NCBI GenBank assembly: GCA_963827655.1
Contig: CAWHCF010000022.1
Span: 192,001-256,000 of the forward strand
Direction: 5' to 3'
Length of the DNA stretch: 64,000 nt
Source: an uncultured Acidobacteriota bacterium
GTDB lineage: Bacteria; Acidobacteriota; UBA6911
The notes under the pieces were generated by a model. The model was given only the letters and a program-made list of their open reading frames with translations, had not been told where the DNA came from and did not search any database. Made by a program: the position numbers and the translations under genes. This document shows positions 21,130 through 29,653 of the stretch, one piece after another (position 1 is the stretch's first letter; the number at the start of each line of letters is the position of its first letter).

Positions 21130-21573
21130 TATTGTCGGTCTGCTGGAAGGTTACGCGAACAGATTCATCGACGGTGGCATCCGGCGGGGATGCTGTCCAG
21201 GTGACAAACAACGCCGGATACACTTCCTTCGAGTTCGTCGGATGGCGCCTACACCTGCTTCGTGCAGACCATGCTCACGCCGAGCCCGCTGTGGAGCCTG
21301 CCGACTTCCGGCGGCGTTCCCGGCAAGGTGCTGGAGGGAATTGTTCCAGGCAACTTCGTGATCGAGGGAGGCATTACCTGTATCTGACCGGCCCTCGGTC
21401 GAGACACGGCTTCAGTGCTTCGACTTCGCGACCCGCAGGTCCGCGACGGTGGCACGTAACGTCGGCAACGTGGACGTTCCACTCACGGCCTCTCCGGACG
21501 GCCCGCAGATCTCTCTATCCCCCCGGTGCACTCCTCGGTTGAGTTCCTGATGCTGGTGGAGAACTTCCGGTGA
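21130..21573 (+). pseudogene. Decayed C-terminal fragment of a TolB/PD40 beta-propeller protein
   Basis: GGDAVQVTNNAGYTSFE...SPLWSLPTSGG...FDFATRR...LTASPDG...LMLVENFR* read across several frames. Confidence 0.65.
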
Positions 21574-21630
21574 GACCGCCTGCTCAATTACGAGATGCCT
21601 TAAGACAGCGATTCTCGATTCGAGATTGCG

Positions 21631-22953
21631 ATGAAACTGAGTGATGACTTTTTCGATGTTCGCAGGGCTGAGTTACGACCTGCCCTGTTGATGTTCGGAT
21701 TCTTTTTCGCCGTAATAGCGGGATTTCAGGTATTGAAGCCTCTGAAGAAGGGGTTGTTCGTGGCCCAATTCGGAGCCGAACAGGAATTGATCGCCAAAGG
21801 TCTGAACATCGATGTGGCATTTGCCGCCATGGTTGCTTTTTCCTTTCTGTACAACCGCCTGGGCGGGCGGCGTCTGGTCGCTTGTCTGGTCGCGATCTTC
21901 CTTGTCGCCCTTGCAATTTTTGCCGCTCTGATCAGCGACCAGCCTTCGGCCATTTTTAACTATGCATTTTATCTGTTCGGCGATCTCTGGAGCACGATCT
22001 GGGTGGCCACCTTCTGGGCGTTTCTCAATGAAATGTCCACCACTGATCAGTCAAAGAGACTGTATGGCTTCATCGGAACCGGTGGATTGCTGGGTGGAAT
22101 TTTCGCCTCCGCGCTGGTTACCTCTTTCGTGCGCGGATACAGCTCTCGTCCACTGATCTTGTTCTGTATCGTTCTGACCCTGCTTATCGGGCTGTTCACT
22201 TTTCAGGCCGATCGACTCGCTCGCCGGCCTGGGGCTGCATTGAGATATCACGAGCGCCCCATGCTGCTGGAACGCATTCGTACCCGGACTACTTTCGACG
22301 GCGCCCGAATGGTTTTCAAATCGAAATATCTGCTCTCGATAGTCGGTATTCTTGCCCTGTATGAATTCTGTTCCCAAATTCTGGATTTCCAGTTTTCGTC
22401 GGTTCTGGCGGCCCAGATGTCAGGCGGGCGGGATATTCAGGCTTACCTGGCGGGCGTCTACTTGATCACCAACATTCTTTCCCTGGTCGTACAGTTCATA
22501 CTCACCACTTTTCTCTTGAAACGATTCGGTCCGGGAGCCGGTTTGATAGTTCTACCCATTGCCATGGCTCTTTCCAGCGGGGCCTTCTTCTGGAATGCCT
22601 CTTTACTGATGGGGAGCCTCTTGATCATCTCGGACAACGGCCTCAACTATTCGATCAACCAGACCTCGAGGGAAACGCTTTTTGTTCCTACGTCCAGCGA
22701 TGCCCAGTACAAGGCGCGCGCCTTTACCAACATGTTCGTCCAGAGGCTGGCGAAGGGAGCTGCAACTACGGTTTCAGCTGTTTTCATCCTGATCGGAATC
22801 CGTTGGCTCAGCCTCATAACTATCGCCATAACGATCGGGTGGATCGCCATCGCACTATACGCGGGCCGGCGATTCCAGCTTCTGTCAGAGCAGAGCAACC
22901 AGAAGGAGATCGCCGCGATACAAAAGAAGGAACTCCGTGCGGGAAGTTTCTAA
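21631..22953 (+). CDS. Npt/TLC (ATP/ADP translocase-like) MFS transporter
   Basis: About 12 TMs; LKPLKKGLF, FWAFLNE...KRLYGFIGTGGLLG, NYSINQTSRETLFVP...YKARAF...RLAKG. Confidence 0.75.
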   Translation: MKLSDDFFDVRRAELRPALLMFGFFFAVIAGFQVLKPLKKGLFVAQFGAEQELIAKGLNIDVAFAAMVAFSFLYNRLGGRRLVACLVAIFLVALAIFAALISDQPSAIFNYAFYLFGDLWSTIWVATFWAFLNEMSTTDQSKRLYGFIGTGGLLGGIFASALVTSFVRGYSSRPLILFCIVLTLLIGLFTFQADRLARRPGAALRYHERPMLLERIRTRTTFDGARMVFKSKYLLSIVGILALYEFCSQILDFQFSSVLAAQMSGGRDIQAYLAGVYLITNILSLVVQFILTTFLLKRFGPGAGLIVLPIAMALSSGAFFWNASLLMGSLLIISDNGLNYSINQTSRETLFVPTSSDAQYKARAFTNMFVQRLAKGAATTVSAVFILIGIRWLSLITIAITIGWIAIALYAGRRFQLLSEQSNQKEIAAIQKKELRAGSF

Positions 22954-23001
22954 GGTGTCCTCGGGCAAGCTTCGGGAACGCGGTGAAGCCAGGAGGCCGT
23001 C

Positions 23002-24163
23002 CTACTCGAACGTCCCCGAGGCGCCGCCGCCGCCAAATTGGCCGCCGCCTCCACGGAACCCCTCTTCTTCAGGAGGCGCCGCCTGTGGTGTCAGGGTTAC
23101 CACGGTCCCCGCAAGCTCGAGCGCGCTCCGCTTCTCCGGGGATTCAAACAACACCTGCGCCGTGAAGCCGCGTCGCTCCCGGCCCGGAGCCGAATCGAGC
23201 CGTCTCCGTATCAACACGGCCGCGGCTATGAGGGCCAGCCCGCCGGCGCTGAAAACGATCCAGAGCGGAGCGCGGCGAGCATAAAAGAACAGGGTAGCAA
23301 GCGAAGCGACCGCCATGAGGGCGCCGGCATGGAGGAAAAGACGCCGCCGGCTTCGCAACCCCCAGGCGAAAACGACGAGCGGTAAGACGCCGGTCAGAGC
23401 CAGCGAGATGTAGCGAAAGGCGGACGATTGGTAAATTGCGTGCTCCTTCGAGGTAATGCGTTCGATGATCTTGTGGTCGAGCGAGTAAAAGTTAACCGCA
23501 ACATAGAACACGACGAGCGCGAACGCGAGGAGCGCGGCGCAGGACCGCCGGTGCGATGGAGGGAGCCGCGGTGACTCGGAACCCGCGGTCAGGACCGGAA
23601 GCAGTAGTGAAGCGACGACAATCCACAGTAGCCGGGCGTAGGCGAATTGAGAGAGAAGCGCGACAAAAAAAATCCCCGACAGCACCGCATAAGGCCAGTA
23701 TCCCCACCTCCATGAAGCGGCCGCACTGATCAAGGCGCACAGAAGGAAGAGCAGCGCGTCGCCCTGTTTGAGCGATTGGTTCAGAAGCGCGATTCCCACC
23801 ATGACGTGGCCCAACCCCACGAGTGAAGTTGCGGCTTCGATTCCTCCCTGGGCGCGCTTCAGCACCCCGATCTGATATTCGGCGAGCGCAAGGCATGCGA
23901 GCCCAACGACAAGGGTGAAAGGCCCATGGTGAGAGAAGGCGCCGAAGGAAATCGCGATCAGGGCGAAAAGCCCCTTCCAGAGCGATTATGGTAAAGACAA
24001 AATAGAGAATGCGAAAGACTCGACCGACGCGCACGCGGTCGTCGGCGTATGCGGCATCGATCGCCAGGCGCGCGACTTCGTCGATCACACCCGCCCGGCG
24101 CCAGCCGCGGGCTGCACTCCGGACTTCGAATCGCCGATCGGCTTCGGCGGCGTCGGCTCTCAT
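23002..24163 (-). CDS. Polytopic membrane protein, partner of the upstream DUF2157-like gene (frameshift near 23950)
   Basis: Hydrophobic, with a C-terminal FRGGGGQFGGGGASGTF tail; split over two ORFs. Confidence 0.7.
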
Positions 24164-24181
24164 TCAATTTCCTTCATTCTA

Positions 24182-24414
24182 GGGTTCGCGCAGAAATAAG
24201 TTCGCATTCTGCTGCAGGCCCCCAGGCCCGCTGGCGAGGCGCGAGCGACGATGCGTACCCGGTGCGGTACGTGAGGAGCGAGCAACAAAGCCAGCGGGCC
24301 TGCGGGCCGCAGCCCGAAGGGGCGCGATCCTCAGCGCGCTTGGCGAACAGAAACCGGTTCATGATTCACCACCGATTCTCGCGCCAGAATGTGAAGTTAT
24401 TTCTGCGCGAGCCC
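24182..24414. mobile_element. MITE, 233 bp, ~30-bp terminal inverted repeats, TA flanks (copy 1)
   Basis: Left end GGGTTCGCGCAGAAATAAGTTCGCATTCTG; reverse complement of right end GGGCTCGCGCAGAAATAACTTCACATTCTG. Near-identical copy at 47855-48087; no transposase. Confidence 0.9.
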
Positions 24415-25360
24415 TAAGCTGCAGTTTACGAAGCCCGGCGATCACGCCCACGGCGCTGACCAGGAACCATAACCAAACCAGAATCGGCTCGTGCGTCAGG
24501 TGAAATAGCAGCCGGCTCGAGCCGATGTATCCGGCGATAACTCCGAAAGCGAGAAGCGAAAACCGATTCTGGCGATACGCATACCAGGCTAGTCCTGCGC
24601 CGCCGCCCAGCAGAATTGCAATGGAGACGAACTCTTTCCCGGGGGCGTCTCCCAAGCCCCAGGCGACCGATCCAAAGAAGAGCAGCCACCCGAGGTGCAC
24701 TGCGACCGGTTCGAAATGCGGTTTTCTGCCGCTGCGCCGGAGGTAACTGCCCAGGAGAATAAAGAGCACGCCACAGGCCAGGGCATTGAGCCGCACCGAA
24801 TCCTCCAGCCCGCGCCACAAGCTGTTTTCAATCAGTGTGACGGAAACGCCTCGCCACGCCGCAAAGGTCGACATGGCCAGCGAGAACACAGTCCTGGAGT
24901 CATAGCGCAAGGCGAGGACTGCCATGAGAATCGCGACGATCAAGAGATGCCATGGCCATTCGCGACCGAATGGCGTGAACCGGGCCTCTATGAAGGCCAG
25001 GTCGGCCGCTGCAAGGAGAACTCCCAGGAGGAGAACATAATCGAACGCGAAATGCGGCGGGGCGGTCTGCTCCCACGAGAACGGCGGTGCCTTGCGTGCG
25101 ACCCAAGCGAGCGCGGCGCCAGCAGCGATCCCGAGAGCCACGGCGACGGCGACCGGTCCTATATGCTCGAAATTCTCTTTCACCAGGAGACCGGCGCCGG
25201 CCACGGCCAGGAACACGCCCCCCCAGAGAAGGAGGCGAATTTCGTGGTACACCGATACGAGCTCGCCTCGTGCCACTCGCAGAAGCAAAGGAGCCTGCTC
25301 GGGGGTGAGGAGACCTCGCCGAACCAGTTCCGGAATGGCGCTAGCGACGTCGGGATTCAA
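24359..25360 (-). CDS. DUF2157-like membrane protein; C-terminus reads into the MITE
   Basis: TTG start with GAGGAGG RBS, many TMs, N-terminal ELVRRGLLTPEQA motif. Confidence 0.75.
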   Translation of the reverse strand: MNPDVASAIPELVRRGLLTPEQAPLLLRVARGELVSVYHEIRLLLWGGVFLAVAGAGLLVKENFEHIGPVAVAVALGIAAGAALAWVARKAPPFSWEQTAPPHFAFDYVLLLGVLLAAADLAFIEARFTPFGREWPWHLLIVAILMAVLALRYDSRTVFSLAMSTFAAWRGVSVTLIENSLWRGLEDSVRLNALACGVLFILLGSYLRRSGRKPHFEPVAVHLGWLLFFGSVAWGLGDAPGKEFVSIAILLGGGAGLAWYAYRQNRFSLLAFGVIAGYIGSSRLLFHLTHEPILVWLWFLVSAVGVIAGLRKLQLRARAEITSHSGARIGGES

Positions 25361-25564
25361 ATTATTCCTCCTCTTGTCGTGGACAGAGCTGCCGGAGCCG
25401 GTCTGGTGCGGGGCTTGCGACTCATCGGTCGGCGGAATTCAATCGTACCCATACCGGCGCCCGCAGATCCCGAAGGACCTGTTCAGCGTCTCGATCGCAC
25501 TTCGTTGTTGCCGAGCTGACCCGATAAGCTCTGCTAGAACAGCTCTGGTAAAAGTACACATCCG

Positions 25565-26762
25565 CTAATGCGGGCAGACGATACCGCTGGTCCCTCGAAC
25601 CAGCACCGTCGCGTCACACGTATAAGTGCCGACTACCAGCGTCCTCAGATCGGCGCGCACACCGAAGGTTAGTTGAATATCGGGCTGTGTGTTTCCGGTG
25701 ATCGTAGAGTTCACGAGCGTGACGCCGGCACCGTTATCGGCGAAGAATCCCACGGCGCCGTTCTGGTTGCTCACGAGCCTGGCCTGATTCACAAGCGTGA
25801 GTGTGGATCCGCTCAGAACGCGGATTCCACTCGCGGTGTTGTTGTGGACATTGAGTGTGCTGAATCCAGGCGCGCCCGAGAATTGCGGTGTATTGAACAC
25901 TGTCATGACGGAACCCTGCTGTATCACCAGGCCGCTGCCGTTCAGGCCGCTGCCATTATTGAAGCTGTTGACCGTAGACGCGGCATCGAGGTCGAGCCCG
26001 GCTCTGGAGTTCACCGAAACGCCGTTGGCCTGGATTGCCGGAAGCGTTGACGGTTCCCCCGAAGAGAAACATGTGGGCGCCCGAGACGACGGTCAGACCC
26101 GTCGAGAGATTGTCGTTCGCATTGATCACAGTCTTCGAATCGTTCACGAAAGCATTGGCGTTCGTCGCGATCTGAATGCCGAGAGCATTGCGGGTGGCGG
26201 ACACGGTGGCCTGTGAGAAAGTGATCGAGCTTCCGTTGACATTGATGCCGAAAACACGATTGGCGGTCGCCGCGAAGGCGCCCGACACCGTGGCAGCGGA
26301 TCCGGTCTGAAGCTCGAGACCGTGGAGGCCGTTGCGGCTTGTGGTGACATCGGAAAGGATCGCGCTCGAAGCCGTCCGGAACGAGATCCCGGACACGCGG
26401 TTGTCGTGCGAGTTCACGCGGGTCAAGGTGACGTGGGCGCCATTGATGCCGGTAATACCGCTCAAGCCGTTGCGCACTTCAATATTGGCAAGCGACACTC
26501 CGCTCGCGCCTGCGATCGTGACTGCATCCTTACCGCCGCCGTCAATGATGGCAGTGCCCACGCCTATCAATGAAAGCCCATCGGTCCGGATCACAATCGG
26601 TCCCGCGCAGACGCCGGTAAATTCGATCGTCTGGTCTTTTTCATCGGACACGGCGTCGGCCAGAGACTTCTTGGCGCAATCGAGCGGTTTGTTCTCAGCG
26701 TACGCGGTTGCGGCCCGGGCCAGGATACAAAACGAAAGCAACATCGCTGCGGGATATCGCAT
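25565..26762 (-). CDS. Secreted right-handed parallel beta-helix protein (frameshift near 26040)
   Basis: GGAGG RBS, signal peptide MRYPAAMLL, repeated N..GI.. coils. Confidence 0.75.
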
Positions 26763-26979
26763 GGAAAACCTCCTCCAATTGCAGGAAATGCACAGACAAA
26801 ACCTCTTGTCTGCGCTTCGAGTGTCTGAAAAGCAATTGATGAAGGGGGAGTGCTGCGAGTTTATAAGCAAGGTACGCTCGAATCAACCGAACGTGCCTTG
26901 AGATCACGAATCGCCGGCGGTTTTTTTACTGCCACTGTGCGCGCGGACCCAGCGCAGGTCCTGCTGTAGCGAGACCGCC

Positions 26980-27375
26980 TTACTTCTCGCCAACACCCTT
27001 GAAGAACGTGTAACAAAAGACGCCGTCCGCCTCGGCCGTGCGATAGAGCGCTTTTATCCCGTTGTCGAATCTCTCGCTCTTGACGATGCCCGCCGCCAGC
27101 GCGGCTTCGCGCACGCCTTCGATCATCGCTGTGAAGGTTTTCCTGGTGAAGCCGTCGACCAGGTCGGGACGGCTCGCATCGGCGTACACCATGCGCGGCG
27201 ACACGCGCACGCGTTTGAAGCCCGCGCCCACCAGGAGTGGGTAGACCTCGCGTCCTATGTTGGCGTTGCCGCCCGCCCTGCGCTGCAGCTCGACCTGGCA
27301 GCCGATCGCCTCGCGCGCCGCTTCGCTGTCGGGATGGAAGTAGGCCGAGCCGTGGTCCCCCTCGATCAGCGTGAT
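26980..27375 (-). pseudogene. C-terminal fragment of a class I SAM methyltransferase
   Basis: ITLIEGDHGSAYFHPDS...VSPRMVYADASRP...GVFCYTFFKG; the SAM-binding N-terminus is absent. Confidence 0.7.
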
Positions 27376-29343
27376 CTCCTCGTCGAGCTGTTGATTGGGG
27401 TTGCCGATGGGCTGGCTGCCGCTCACGATGCCAGCATCTTACACCGCGACATCAAGCCAGATAACATCCTGGTGAGCAAGAGCGGCTACGCGAAGCTGGC
27501 CGATTTCGGCCTGGCAAAGCTGCACGAGCCCCTGGATACCGAGGCGCCGACGCATGGGCCCACGGAGGGGCGCACCCTGCCCGGCCTCCTCATGGGAACC
27601 GTGGCCTACATGTCCCCGGAGCAAGCGACCGGCGAGCCGCTGGACGCGCGCAGCGACATCTTCTCTTTCGGCGTTGTGCTGTATGAACTGCTTGCGCGCC
27701 GGCGTCCATTCGAAGGGGCCACCGACCTGGAAGTGCTGCTGGCGGTGAGGCACCATGCGCCGAGGCCACTCGCGGAATCTCGTTCAACCGTGCCCTCGGT
27801 CCTCTGTTTGGCGGTGGAAAAGGCTCTGGCGAAAGATCCCGCCGATCGCTACCAAGCCATGCGAGAGCTGGTCGTGGATCTGCGGCGGCTGGTGCGCCAA
27901 TCGGATGCCTCAGAGCCGCCGGGCGAGCAGCATCGGAGTTGGGTGATGGTAGTCGTTCTGCCCTTCCGGAACTTGAGCACGGATCCCGAGCAGGAGTACT
28001 TCAGCGACGGCCTTACGGAGGAGACCATCGGCTCGCTCGGCCAAATGAGCCCCGATCGAATCCGCGTCATCGCGCGGACCTCCTCCATGGCTTACAAGCA
28101 GACCATCAAGACGGCCGGGCAGATCGGGAGGGAACTCCGCGCCGATTACCTCCTGGAGAGCAGCGTCCGCCGCGACTCGACCCGTGTTCGTATCGCCGCG
28201 CACCTCATTCGCGTCGAGGACCAGACGCAGGTCTGGGGCGCCACATACGACCGCGCGCCCAATGACTTTTTGGGGTTGCAAGACGAGATCGGAACCGCAA
28301 TCGCCAACCAAATCCTGTCCAAGCTATCGTCGCCGGCGCCGTTGGAAGTCGGGGCCCGAAAAGCGCCGGATCCACAGGCTTACGATTTGTACCTGCGCGG
28401 ACGATTCTACGGCCACCAGCTCGCGCCACCTTTTCTCCTCAAGGCGATCGAGTGCTTTCAGGCCGCGATCGCGAAGGATTCCTCCTACGCACTCCCCTAC
28501 TCGGGAATCGTCGAAGCCCACGTGAATCTTATGATGGCCGCGGACGCGCCACCTCAGGAGCACTGGGAAAAAGCGCGGCTTGCCGCCCAGAAAGGCCTGG
28601 CCCTCGGTCCCGATCTCCCCGACGTGCATGCGGCCGCGGCGTATATGAACTTTTTCGTGGGCTGGGATTGGACGGCCTCGGAGCAGTCGGCGCAGAAGGC
28701 CCTCCAGCTGAACCCGAACTCTATGGCTGCACGCTGGTACTACGCACATATGCTTTCCAACGCTCTCCGGCATGATGAAGCCATTGCCGTGTTCAAGTCA
28801 GCGCGCGAGCTCGACCCGCTCTCTCCGTTCGCACACTCCTTTTTCGGTCAGTTTCTTTTCGACGCGCGGCGGTACGAGGAAGCACTCGATCCGATTAAGC
28901 AGTCCCTCGCGCTTGACTCCAACTTCTTCCACGCGCATGACGTCTTGAGCCGCCTCTATGCGGAGACGGGCAAACTCGATGAAGCGATCGAGGAATGTGA
29001 GAAGAGCTATCAGCTATCGGGGATCCTCTTTGCGCTTGCCCGCAAGGGCTATCTCTACGCGAAGATGGGCCGCCGCGCCGCAGCGGAACAAGTGAAGTCG
29101 ACGTTGATCCAGCTGTCGAACGAGAGGTTCGTTCCCCCTTACCACTTCGCTCTCATCCACGCAGGCTGGCGCGATCGCGAGACGGCGCTCGATTGGCTAG
29201 AGAAGGCTTACGAAGTGCGCGATGTTCGGCTGGTTTTTCTGCCCCCCGATCCGATCTGGGATTTTCTTCGCGACGAACCCCGCTTCAGGAAACTGCTCCA
29301 AAGATGCGGCTTCCCGAATGGGCGAACGGCCACCGGGATTTGA
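27376..29343 (+). pseudogene. Ser/Thr kinase-TolB-like-TPR protein lacking the kinase N-lobe
   Basis: Begins at LLIGVADGLAAAH. HRDIKPDN, DFG and YMSPE are present; there is no Gly-rich loop or VAIK lysine. Followed by VLPFRNLS..QEYFSDG and TPRs. Confidence 0.8.
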
Positions 29344-29450
29344 CGGATTGACCCGAAAGAAGGCCTTGATCCGCGGATCCTTGAGCATATTGATTTCCAC
29401 ATCGGGTATTGCCACGTGTGCCGGCCACGCGTCATCTAGCTCGGTTGATC
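29335..29450 (-). pseudogene. Short internal fragment resembling L-aspartate 4-decarboxylase
   Basis: HTWQYP / DVEINMLKDPRIKAFFRVNPSNP across one frame change. Confidence 0.6.
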
Positions 29451-29509
29451 TCGCCCGTCTTGAAATCGCAGTCGCCCAAACGTGACATTGAGCCAATGCG
29501 CCCTGTCAC

Positions 29510-29625
29510 TCAGTCCATACATTTGACTGGAGATCAGGCGCCCGGCCGCCAGGGCGGCACCGATGAGCACGAGCACAAGTGTGTCCCACGATAAGAGCCA
29601 GAGCATCTTGCCACGACCGCCGCCG
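29510..29625 (-). pseudogene. Duplicated fragment of the 3' end of the ADOP gene at 33487-33621
   Basis: Direct nucleotide similarity (CAGTCCATACATTTGACTGGAGATCA...GATGAGCACGAGCACAAG) with an 18-bp deletion between AGGGCGGC repeats. Confidence 0.85.
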
Positions 29626-29653
29626 ATCGACCGCACATCCCCACCCGATCCAA

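Noticed and set aside
24174-24362. Repeated 62-67 aa ORF MNRFLFAK... (also 47832-48035)
   Set aside because: It lies inside the MITE, so the repetition reflects element copying, and it has no transposase motifs.
29510-29625. Diversity-generating retroelement template/variable repeat pair with 33487-33621
   Set aside because: Mismatches are not confined to adenines and include a deletion, and the only RT in the window is a group II intron maturase.
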